Shown one piece after another: positions 1-8,036 of a DNA stretch of 64,000 nucleotides. Location of the stretch: contig CAXXWS020000003.1 in assembly GCA_963665325.3 (NCBI GenBank), forward strand, positions 288,001 to 352,000, in the 5' to 3' direction. Numbering within the stretch: the first letter of the stretch is position 1; the number at the start of each line of letters is the position of its first letter. A program made the position numbers and the translations under genes. The notes under the pieces were generated by a model. That model worked only from the letters and a program-made list of their open reading frames with translations, had not been told where the DNA came from and searched no databases. The stretch is from Alphaproteobacteria bacterium (GTDB lineage: Bacteria; Pseudomonadota; Alphaproteobacteria; Bin95).

Positions 1-73
1 CCGGGCCGATTCCTTCCGCGCCGTATCGGGCGACCGCTGCCTCGGCTTCCCGGTCGGACCAGAGAGTCTTCAT
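1..73 (-). CDS. N-terminus (runs off the window edge) of a probable bifunctional class II aldolase/short-chain dehydrogenase
   Basis: ATG at 73 reads MKTLWSDREAEAAVARYGAEGIGP, resembling the usual start of this family. Only 24 codons are visible. Confidence 0.5.
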   Translation of the reverse strand, partial: MKTLWSDREAEAAVARYGAEGIGP

Positions 74-242
74 GCGGTCCCGCACCCTTCCGCTTGCCGC
101 CTGCAGGGGCTTATAGCCGCGAATGCCGTTCCTGGGCGAGCGCAACGCACGGGAAGAGGCGTGCGGGGGTCGTTCGGAGAGGCGGCACTTACCTCACGGC
201 ATGTATGCGCCTCGGAATTCGAAAACCGTTCCTCCCTCACCT

Positions 243-1421
243 TCAGTGTCGGATGAGCTTCCCGATGATCGCATCGAGCATGCGGTGCGTTCCTTTCTCG
301 TCGGAGTTCGCGCCGGCTAGGTATGCCCGGTCCAGATTCGGGGCGACCCAGATCGTTATGCGCCAGTAAGTGTTGCTGCCGTTATGGGTAAGCACGGTGC
401 CTCTGCCCCAGCTTCTCTCACGGACGCCCCAGCCGGCCGCATATCTGCCCGAATGGGGCGTTGCGAGGTAGTCCAGCCGGTTCCGATCCAGAATTGCCGG
501 CGCAGTTCCCCGGAACCAGAGCCTCACGAACTTGGCATAGTCCGCAAGCGACAGGTGCACCGTTCCCGCAGGGCCGAGCGCGGCCGCGTTGTCAATTTGC
601 TGTGCCTTCCATGCGCCATTGTCCCCGCGGCGGTGCCCCCAGGGTTGATCGGTCCTCATCCATCTGCCGGGCGCCCCGAATCCTGCTGTCGTCATTCCGA
701 GAGGCGCGAAGACGCGCTGCTTCATCAAGTCTTCCCATGCCTTCCCGGTCAGCCGCTCCGCCATCGCGCCCGCCACCATGTAGGACAGGTTCGAGTACAG
801 GAAGTCCCCGGAGGCACCCTTCGGAGGCCTCTTCAGGTTCTTCCTCAGGATCCTGTAACGCCTGTCCTTGATCTCCTTGTCCCGGGATGCCCACCAATCT
901 GCCGCATTGGGGGCAATACCCCCTCGCATCCTGAGCAAGCTGTCCAAACGAACCGACTCGTAGCCGGGATGGATTTTGCCAACCAATTCCGGGAAGACAT
1001 CACCGACGGACGTCTTCCATCCGTTTGGGAAGACGCCCTCGGCCACCAATTGCGCCAGCATGACGGATGTCATGACCTTGGTGTTCGACCCGATGTGTAC
1101 GAGATCGTCCACCGTCATTTCCTCGCTTGATCCCTGCTTGCGCACACCCGCAACGGCAATAGACCGTATCCCGTCCCCGTCAATGATCGCTGCGAACAGT
1201 CCCGGCGATCTGCCCTCGCTCACGGGACCCATCAGATACCCGGCGATCGATTGGTCAGCGCCGGCCGTTGCGGCTGGACTTTCCTGGGTGCTCTGAGCGA
1301 TTGCCGGAGGCATGCCGCCGAGTATTACCAGAATGACCGCTAGCCCCACTGCTATCGAGGGTCTCACTTCCTGTCTCCCCATCTCGGCGGAATGTAGGCT
1401 TGGCATTGTTTCAGAGGCCAA
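243..1421 (-). CDS. Serine hydrolase, beta-lactamase/AmpC-like family, probably exported
   Basis: SxxK (GSNTK), YxN (LYSN) and HxG (THNGS) motifs. Hydrophobic signal-like segment AVGLAVILVILGGMPPAIA. True start may be downstream of 1421. Confidence 0.85.
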   Translation of the reverse strand: MASETMPSLHSAEMGRQEVRPSIAVGLAVILVILGGMPPAIAQSTQESPAATAGADQSIAGYLMGPVSEGRSPGLFAAIIDGDGIRSIAVAGVRKQGSSEEMTVDDLVHIGSNTKVMTSVMLAQLVAEGVFPNGWKTSVGDVFPELVGKIHPGYESVRLDSLLRMRGGIAPNAADWWASRDKEIKDRRYRILRKNLKRPPKGASGDFLYSNLSYMVAGAMAERLTGKAWEDLMKQRVFAPLGMTTAGFGAPGRWMRTDQPWGHRRGDNGAWKAQQIDNAAALGPAGTVHLSLADYAKFVRLWFRGTAPAILDRNRLDYLATPHSGRYAAGWGVRERSWGRGTVLTHNGSNTYWRITIWVAPNLDRAYLAGANSDEKGTHRMLDAIIGKLIRH

Positions 1422-1621
1422 GGTTTCTTGCGCCTCCCATATGGGAGGAATAAACAGGAAAAGTGGCCATCGCCCGGCTCGTTCCGGCCAATTGTCATGA
1501 GGATCCGGTCGGGCGGAGACGCGAGACCCATGGCTCGGGCGGTCCGGCGGCGGACCGGAGATGCCGCGCGCCCCGGAACCCCCGGCGAAATGTCATGTTT
1601 TGTCATGGGGCGGGGTTGCGG

Positions 1622-2185
1622 TCATGGCTTGTTGCCCGCCGGGGCCCCGCTTCTTGCGCGGTCGAGACAACGGGCGATGGAGTCCTCCGTGCGTCGCCGC
1701 TGCCGCTCGCGCCATGCCCTGTATTCGGGCGTCTTCAGGTCGCCGACGAATCTCCGTCCGCTGACATTGCATTCGAGCAGCCTGTCGTCGCGGCTCCCGT
1801 CCAGCGGGACCGGCCCGACCCGGCGCTCCGGGTCTTCCAGCCATGCCTCGAACCCGGGCGTCTCCTGGCTGCCGACCCAAGCCTCGCCGCAATAGTGGAA
1901 CTCGTATTCGCCGCCGTCATAGTCGGACACCGCCAGGGGCGGCGGCTCCCACGGCTCCTCTTCGGGTTCCGGGGCCGGCTCCGGCTCGGGCATATGCGCG
2001 GCGCTCCAGTCGAGCACGGCGAGGAGTTCGCGCAGATGAGCGAGCCGTGCGCGCCCGGTGCAGTGGCATTCGGCGCGGGCGCGGTCGTCGGGCGGCGGCG
2101 GTTCGGCACCCATGTCCTGGGCATAGGTTGCTGCGAGGGCTTCGGCGGCCGGCACCAGCCTGGGGCGGGGATCGGTTGCGGTCAT
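1622..2185 (-). CDS. Hypothetical protein (187 aa) with Pro/Glu-rich linker, inside the repeat element
   Basis: ATG preceded by GGAG-acgag. Lies downstream of a promoter-like sequence. No family recognised. Confidence 0.55.
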   Translation of the reverse strand: MTATDPRPRLVPAAEALAATYAQDMGAEPPPPDDRARAECHCTGRARLAHLRELLAVLDWSAAHMPEPEPAPEPEEEPWEPPPLAVSDYDGGEYEFHYCGEAWVGSQETPGFEAWLEDPERRVGPVPLDGSRDDRLLECNVSGRRFVGDLKTPEYRAWRERQRRRTEDSIARCLDRARSGAPAGNKP

Positions 2186-2204
2186 CTCGTCTCCTAGCCG
2201 GTCC

Positions 2205-2379
2205 GGGAGCGGCGGGTCCCTTTACCGCGCGCGGTTTGCGCGCGGGTGCGGGCGCCTGTCGGCGCCGGCGCGGTTCGTGCGCCTGATTGCGCGCGCGAGC
2301 CGCAGGGCGCACCTCTCCCGTCTGTATTGCGGGTATTTTTTCGGATCGGAGGGAAGTGGCCCCGGACGCCTCTTCCCTC
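2205..2379 (-). ncRNA. Candidate structured RNA/leader, copy 1
   Basis: Minus-strand hairpins: GAGGGAAG-a-GGC/GTCCGGG loop/GCC-a-CTTCCCTC; GTGCGCCCTG...CAGGCGCAC; GGCGCC-GACA-GGCGCC; CCGCGCGC-AAACC-GCGCGCGG. Equivalent stems occur in copy 2. Confidence 0.45.
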
Positions 2380-2385
2380 AAGGAC

Positions 2386-2412
2386 AGTCTAGCACAGTTT
2401 CTCTCAGGTCAA
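2386..2412 (-). promoter_or_regulatory. Sigma70-like promoter TTGACC-N15-TAGACT
   Basis: Hexamers read directly. The spacer is short (15 bp). It sits at the same position as the copy-2 promoter. Confidence 0.4.
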
Positions 2413-2422
2413 GCCCTATTAG

Positions 2423-2437
2423 GAACAAAAAGCGAAT
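2423..2437 (+). promoter_or_regulatory. Possible alphaproteobacterial LexA box GAAC-N7-GAAT
   Basis: GAAC-AAAAAGC-GAAT, one mismatch to GAAC-N7-GAAC, next to the -35 element. Confidence 0.3.
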
Positions 2438-2492
2438 AATTTCGAATTTTCCGGGATTCGGCCGGACCGCAAATTGCTCTACTCTGGCGCCC

Positions 2493-3182
2493 ATGCCCTT
2501 CATGCCGATCCACGACGACAATGAGCGCACGCGCATCGAGACGCCGTTCGTCACCTGGGGGGCTATCCTGCTTTGCGTGGTCGCCTTCATCTGGCAGGCG
2601 GGGCTGCCGGAAGCGGTGGAATACCGCAGGCTGCTGGCGCTCGGCTTCGTGCCGGGGCGGCTGCTGGGCGATCTGCACTTGCGCCCGGACCTCGCCATCC
2701 TGCCGGCATCCTTCTCCCTGGTGACGACGCAGTTCCTGCACGGCGATTTCGCGCATCTGCTCGGCAACATGGCCTTCCTCTACATCTTCGGCGACAATGT
2801 CGAGGACGCGATGGGCCATCTGCGCTTCGCGGCTTTCTTCCTGCTTTGCGGCGTGCTCGCCGCGCTGGCGCACGGGCTGACGGACCCTTCCTCGGCAGTG
2901 CCGCTGATCGGGGCGAGCGGCGCCATTTCGGGCATATTGGGGGCCTATCTGGTGCTGAGCCCGCGCGCGCGCATCCTGGTGCTGTTCTTCGTCGTGCCGC
3001 TGCGCCTGCCGGCCTGGCTGCTGGTCGCGGGCTGGTTCGCCGTGCAGTTCTTCTTCGGGCTCTCGACCTTCGGGGAGGATGCGAAGGTCGCCTACTGGGC
3101 GCATATCGGCGGCTTCGCGGCCGGCATCGCGCTGCTGCCGTTCTTCAGGGTCGCTGCGCCACGCCCGGACGGAGCCGGGTAA
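2493..3182 (+). CDS. Rhomboid family intramembrane serine protease
   Basis: FLHGDFAHLLGNM, catalytic GASG, and AYWAHIGG motifs. Multiple TM segments. Confidence 0.92.
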   Translation: MPFMPIHDDNERTRIETPFVTWGAILLCVVAFIWQAGLPEAVEYRRLLALGFVPGRLLGDLHLRPDLAILPASFSLVTTQFLHGDFAHLLGNMAFLYIFGDNVEDAMGHLRFAAFFLLCGVLAALAHGLTDPSSAVPLIGASGAISGILGAYLVLSPRARILVLFFVVPLRLPAWLLVAGWFAVQFFFGLSTFGEDAKVAYWAHIGGFAAGIALLPFFRVAAPRPDGAG

Positions 3183-4617
3183 AAGCGAGCGCGCCGGGGT
3201 CGGCTGCCACGGGGCCCGGCGCGGCGGCGACCAGCACCTCGCCCGCGATCGGCCCGAAATCGGCGCGAAAATGCACCGAGCTCTTGAGCGCGAGGATGCG
3301 GCAGTCCGCCGGCTCCACGCCCAGATGGCGGAACATCTCCCGGTCCGCCGCCTGCACCTTGCGGCTCGCCACCGCCACCTGCACGCCGCCCGGAAGCTCC
3401 AGCAGCGCCATAGGCCCTAGCTGCATCCGGTTGCCGCCATAGAAAGGGCCGGTACAGGTGAACGTCCCGTCTCCGAGACGGCGCACCTTGGCATCGGTCT
3501 CGAACGGAGCGTCGCCCGGAATGCCGGAGCGTCCGCCGAGCGCGAGCGCGACCCGGCCGCCCGCACCGGCTTCATGCGCCGCTTCGGCCGCCTCGGCGTC
3601 GATCAGCAGGCCCAACACCGCGCCCTCCGGGCTTCGGGCCGCGAGTGCGCGCAAGAGGCCCGTCGTATCTCCGTTGCCGCCGCCGCCCGGATTGTCGCAA
3701 CTGTCCGCGATGACCGCCGGCCGGCCGGCCCGGCCCGCCCGGTTCGCACGCGCCACCGCTTCTTCGGGGGAGAGGAAATCGGCGGCAAAGCGCCCTCGCG
3801 CCGCAAGCACCTCGTCCGCCAGCGCATCCGCGGCCTCTGCGGCGCCGCGTTCGTCGCCCGCATAGGCAAGCGCCGCCGGCCCGCAATCCGGCGTGTCGGC
3901 AAGCGGGAAGCCTCCCGCAAGAGACACCGAAGCGACCGCGCCCCGTTCCCGCTCGTCGAGGCCCGCATAGAGGCCCTGCGCCGGCTCGATCAGCGTGCAT
4001 TGCGCTGTGAGCGGGATGAGGAAGGAGATCTGCCGGAACGCCTTGGCCGGTCGTCCCTCGGCGAAGATGCGTTCGAGGAGGCGGGCGGTGCGCGCCCCCG
4101 TCTCCGCCATGTCGACATGCGGATAGGTGCGGAACACGACCAGCGCATCCGCCCGGTCCGCCATCAGCGGCGAGACATTGGCGTGGAGATCAAGGCTCGC
4201 GATCAGCGGGATATCCGGTCCGATGACGGCGCGCACGCGGCGCAGCAACTCGCCCTCGCCGTCCTCCAGATGCTCCGCGACCATCGCGCCGTGCAGGTCC
4301 AGATAGACCGCGTCCACCGGCCCGGCGTCCCGCAGCTCGTCCACCATCATGCCGGCGATGCGCTCATAGGCCTCCTCCTCGACCTCCGCCGAGGGGCTGG
4401 CATTGGCCCAGACCAGCGGCGCGAAGCTGCGCCCCGAAGCGCGCGCCGCCTCCAGGAAGCCCGCCATCGGCAGGTTTATGCCGGCCGTGTCGGCGAGAAC
4501 CGCCTCGCCCCGGCAGAGGCCGGGCCAGCCGTCGGCGCGCCGGAACATCTCGAAGCTTGCCTTTGTCGGCGCAAAGGTATTCGTCTCATGGTGAAAACCG
4601 CCGACCGCAATCCGCAT
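3145..4617 (-). CDS. M81 family metallopeptidase (MlrC-like)
   Basis: MRIAVGGFHHETNTF, LDLHGAM, LDLHAN, RTYPHVD, DNPGGG and KSSVHFRA motifs. Confidence 0.92.
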   Translation of the reverse strand: MRIAVGGFHHETNTFAPTKASFEMFRRADGWPGLCRGEAVLADTAGINLPMAGFLEAARASGRSFAPLVWANASPSAEVEEEAYERIAGMMVDELRDAGPVDAVYLDLHGAMVAEHLEDGEGELLRRVRAVIGPDIPLIASLDLHANVSPLMADRADALVVFRTYPHVDMAETGARTARLLERIFAEGRPAKAFRQISFLIPLTAQCTLIEPAQGLYAGLDERERGAVASVSLAGGFPLADTPDCGPAALAYAGDERGAAEAADALADEVLAARGRFAADFLSPEEAVARANRAGRAGRPAVIADSCDNPGGGGNGDTTGLLRALAARSPEGAVLGLLIDAEAAEAAHEAGAGGRVALALGGRSGIPGDAPFETDAKVRRLGDGTFTCTGPFYGGNRMQLGPMALLELPGGVQVAVASRKVQAADREMFRHLGVEPADCRILALKSSVHFRADFGPIAGEVLVAAAPGPVAADPGALAFTRLRPGVAQRP

Positions 4618-4672
4618 GGGCCCCGACTCCATCCGCCGCCCGCGACGCTAACAGAAAGGCCGATTGCCGCCC

Positions 4673-6010
4673 ATGCGCCTGCGCCGCCGCCTCGTCCTCG
4701 GCCATCTGGCCGATCTGTACCGTCTCGCCCTGCCGGTCGTGGTCAGCCGCGCCGGCGTGCTGGCCATGACGGTCGCCGACACGGTGATCGTCGGCCGCTA
4801 TGCCTCGGTGGAACTGGGTTATCTCTCGCTCGGCGTCGCGGTCTATCTGCCGCTGCTGCTGACGGTGATGGGGCTGCTGACGGGCACCACGGTGGCGGCC
4901 GCACAGGCCATGGGGCGCGGCCAGCCGGCGGAGTGCGGAGCCGCGTGGCGGCGCGCGGTGCCGGTTGCGCTCGGCTTCGGCGCCGTCGGCGTGGCTCTCG
5001 GGCTGTTCGGGCGCGAGGTGCTCCTGCTCACCGGGCAGAGCGAAGACGTGGCGGCGGGCGCAGGCCGTGTGTTCTTCATCCTGGCACTCGGCTATCCGGC
5101 CGGCTTCCTCTATTTCGCCTCGGCCTTCTTCCTGGAGGGCATCCGGCGGCCGCGGCCGGTCGCCTGGGCCATCGTCGCCGCCAACCTGGTCAACATTCCG
5201 GCCGACCTCCTGCTCGTGCATGGCATGTTCGGCCTTCCCGAACTGGGAGCGGAAGGATCGGCCTGGGCCACCACGGTAATCCGCTGGGGCTTGGCGGCCT
5301 TTCTCTTCGCCTATGTGTTCTGGATGACCGGCCGAACGCGGCTCGGCGTCCGGACCCGCGCTGCATGGGCATGGCGGCGCTGGCGGGTGCAGCGCACGGT
5401 CGGCTATGCGGCGGCTGTGGCCATCTTTGTCGAGATGGGGGCCTTTACCGCCATTCACCTGTTCTCCGGCTGGCTCGGCACGGTTCCCCTCGCAGTATTC
5501 ACCGTCGTGCTGAATGTCCTTTCGGTGGTGTTCATGGTCGCGAACGGGGTCGGCATCGCCACCAGCGTGCGCATCGGCAACGCCTTCGGACGCGGCGACC
5601 GCAAGCGCTGGATCGCCGCCGGCTGGCTCGGCCTCGCCGTCACCCTTTGCCTCATGGGTCTTGCCGGGGCCGCCATGGCGGTCTTCGCCCGTCCTCTTGC
5701 CGGAATCTACACGTCCGAGGCGGCCGTCCTGGCGGCGACGGTGCCGGTAATGGTGCTCGCCGGGCTGATGCCGCTCTGCGACGGCGGCCAGACGCTGATG
5801 CTGAACGCGCTGCGCGGCTGCGCCGACGCGTGGATCCCGACGGCGCTGCAGGCCTTTGCCTTTATCGGCTGCATGGTGCCGCTCTCCCTCCTGCTCGCTT
5901 TCGAGTTGGAACGCGGCGTCGCGGGGCTGATCGAGGCGGTGATCGTCTCGACGGCGATATCGCTCGGGCTTCTGTGCGCGCGCTTCGTCATGCTATCGCG
6001 GCGGCCGTGA
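4673..6010 (+). CDS. MATE family efflux transporter
   Basis: About 12 TM segments; ADTVIVG, RIGNAFG and ALRG motifs. Confidence 0.9.
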   Translation: MRLRRRLVLGHLADLYRLALPVVVSRAGVLAMTVADTVIVGRYASVELGYLSLGVAVYLPLLLTVMGLLTGTTVAAAQAMGRGQPAECGAAWRRAVPVALGFGAVGVALGLFGREVLLLTGQSEDVAAGAGRVFFILALGYPAGFLYFASAFFLEGIRRPRPVAWAIVAANLVNIPADLLLVHGMFGLPELGAEGSAWATTVIRWGLAAFLFAYVFWMTGRTRLGVRTRAAWAWRRWRVQRTVGYAAAVAIFVEMGAFTAIHLFSGWLGTVPLAVFTVVLNVLSVVFMVANGVGIATSVRIGNAFGRGDRKRWIAAGWLGLAVTLCLMGLAGAAMAVFARPLAGIYTSEAAVLAATVPVMVLAGLMPLCDGGQTLMLNALRGCADAWIPTALQAFAFIGCMVPLSLLLAFELERGVAGLIEAVIVSTAISLGLLCARFVMLSRRP

Positions 6011-6468
6011 AACATCCGGTTGAGAAGATCGTTTCGGGCGGGCAGACGGGCGTGGACCGCGCCGGGCTCGACGCCGGGCTGGCGCTGGGCCTTGCGGTTG
6101 GCGGCCGGTGCCCGCGCGGACGTCGTGCCGAGGACGGTCCGATACCCGTGCATTATCCGTTGCAGGAGACGGCAAGCGCCTCTTACCGGGTGCGGACGCG
6201 GTTGAATGTCCGCGACAGCGACGCCACGCTGATCCTGTGCCGGGGCGCGCTCAGGGGCGGCACACGCCTCACCGCCGCCATTGCCCGCCGAATGGGGCGG
6301 CCGCTGCGCATTGCCGACCTCTCTCGCCGCGTGCAGGCGCCCGCCGCTGCGGCCTGGCTCAGGCGCCACGGCGTCATCCGGCTCAATATCGCCGGCCCGC
6401 GCGAAAGCCAGGCGCCCGGCATCGGCGCCGAGGCCCGGCGCTTCCTCATGCGCGTTCTGGCTCCGTGA
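6007..6468 (+). CDS. Circularly permuted YpsA SLOG family protein (putative molybdenum carrier annotation)
   Basis: KIVSGGQTGVDRAGLD, GGRCPRGRRAEDG, RTRLNVRDSDATL and LNIAGPRES. GTG start overlaps the MATE stop. Confidence 0.85.
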   Translation: MKHPVEKIVSGGQTGVDRAGLDAGLALGLAVGGRCPRGRRAEDGPIPVHYPLQETASASYRVRTRLNVRDSDATLILCRGALRGGTRLTAAIARRMGRPLRIADLSRRVQAPAAAAWLRRHGVIRLNIAGPRESQAPGIGAEARRFLMRVLAP

Positions 6469-7958
6469 ACGGGGAGGAGGCGTTCGGCGGCAAGGACCTC
6501 TCGGCGCTCCGGCGGGCGTCGATCCTCGCCGCTGTGACACTCTCAACAACGCTTTACGGCACCACCGTGCTCGTCGTCTCGACCGTGCTGCCGCAAATGC
6601 AGGGCTCGCTGTCGGCGACGCAGGACCAGATCTCCTGGGCGATGACCTTCAACATCGTCGCGACCGCCATCGTGACGCCGATGACAGGCTGGCTGACGGG
6701 GCGGTTCGGGCGCCGCGCGGTGATGCTCTGGGGCATGGCGATCTTCGGTGCGGCGACGCTCGGCTGCGGTTTCGCGACATCGCTGGAGATGCTGGTGCTC
6801 TTCCGCGTCATCCAGGGCGCGGCCGGGGCGCCGATCATCCCGCTCGCCCAGGCCATCACCCAGGACACCTATCCGCGCGCCCTGCACGGCACGGCCATGG
6901 CGGCTTTCGGCATGGGCGTCGTCGTCGGCCCCGTGATCGGGCCGGTGGTGGGCGGCTATCTGACCGAAGCCTATAATTGGCGCTGGGCCTTCTTCATGGT
7001 GGTGCCGGTGGCGGGCCTGAGCTGGCTTGCGATGTGGCTGGTGCTGACCGACGGCGGCAAGCTGCGGGCGGCGCGCCTCGACTGGACCGGCTTCCTCGCG
7101 CTCTCCGTCGCCGTCGTCTGCTTCCAGCTGATGATGGACCGGGGCGAGCGCCGCGACTGGTTCGACTCCACAGAGATCGTGCTCGAAGCCTGTTTGGCCG
7201 GCATCGGCCTCTACATCTTCCTGGCGCACAGCCTGACCACCCGGCGCCCCTTCCTGAATCTCAAGCTGCTGCTCGACCGGAACTATGCGCTCGGGCTCTG
7301 CATCGTCGGCATATACGGCATGCTGAACTTCACCCCGATGGTGATGCTGCCGCCGATGCTGCAGGACCTTGCGGGCTTCCCGAACGCCGTGGTCGGCCAG
7401 CTGGTGGCGGCGCGGGGCGTGGGCGCAATTCTCGGCTTCTTCCTCGCCATGTATGTCGGCAAGCTCGACCCGCGCATCGGCATGAGCACAGGCTTCGCCA
7501 TCATGGCGGCATCCGGCTGGATCATGATGCAGTTCGACGCCAACGCCACCTGGTGGGACGTGGCGCTGGTCTCCTGGATGCAGGGTGTCGCCGTCGGCAT
7601 CACCTGGGTGCCGCTCACGGTCGCGACCTTCTCGACCCTGCCCCCGCGCTATCTGGCGGAGACCTCCTCGGTCTATCACCTGATGCGCAATCTGGGCTCC
7701 AGCTTCTTCATCTCGGTGAGCGTGACCGTGCTGGTGCGCACGGGCGGCGAGAATTACGGGCGGCTCACGGAATTCGTCTCGCCCTATAACGAGGCGCTGG
7801 CGGTGATCGACACGGGCACGGCGTCGGGTCTCGCTGCGCTCAGCAGCGAGATCGGCCAGCAGGCCACGATGATCGGCTATCTCAACGCCTTCACCGCCTA
7901 CACCGCCGTCGCGCTCGCCGCGCTCCCGCTGTTGCTCCTGATGCGCATAAGGCGCTGA
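6465..7958 (+). CDS. DHA2 (EmrB/QacA-like) MFS transporter
   Basis: GWLTGRFGRR, FRVIQG, GPVIGPVVGG, WRWAF, MDRGERRDWFDS. 14-TM pattern. Confidence 0.92.
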   Translation: MNGEEAFGGKDLSALRRASILAAVTLSTTLYGTTVLVVSTVLPQMQGSLSATQDQISWAMTFNIVATAIVTPMTGWLTGRFGRRAVMLWGMAIFGAATLGCGFATSLEMLVLFRVIQGAAGAPIIPLAQAITQDTYPRALHGTAMAAFGMGVVVGPVIGPVVGGYLTEAYNWRWAFFMVVPVAGLSWLAMWLVLTDGGKLRAARLDWTGFLALSVAVVCFQLMMDRGERRDWFDSTEIVLEACLAGIGLYIFLAHSLTTRRPFLNLKLLLDRNYALGLCIVGIYGMLNFTPMVMLPPMLQDLAGFPNAVVGQLVAARGVGAILGFFLAMYVGKLDPRIGMSTGFAIMAASGWIMMQFDANATWWDVALVSWMQGVAVGITWVPLTVATFSTLPPRYLAETSSVYHLMRNLGSSFFISVSVTVLVRTGGENYGRLTEFVSPYNEALAVIDTGTASGLAALSSEIGQQATMIGYLNAFTAYTAVALAALPLLLLMRIRR

Positions 7959-8036
7959 CGGGCGGCGGCGAACAGCCCCCTTCCGCCCAGGCAACCGGCA
8001 TGTCAGGATTCCCGCATGCGGAAAGGAGACAGGGCG

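Larger units (their letters stand above)
1564..2450 (-). repeat. Dispersed repeat element, copy 1 (promoter, structured leader, ORF, TGTCAT repeats)
   Basis: Shares blocks with 29027-31970: 2262-2290 vs 31745-31773 (28/29), 2301-2319 vs 31802-31820 (18/19), 1564-1578 vs 29027-29041 (13/15). 1587-1608 is identical to the reconstructed empty IS site. Boundaries are approximate. Confidence 0.7.

Noticed and set aside
1591-1607. TGTCAT repeats as Pho boxes
   Set aside because: The period is 10 bp rather than 11 bp, and they lie at the end of a repeat element instead of at a -35 position.
2301-2313. GTGCGCCC on the minus strand as a group II intron 5' end
   Set aside because: No domain V/VI or reverse transcriptase is visible, and the motif pairs locally in a hairpin.
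3574-6006. 964-aa ORF 3574-6468
   Set aside because: Only 6007-6468 has recognisable motifs. The rest is a GC-rich shadow frame over the M81 and MATE genes.
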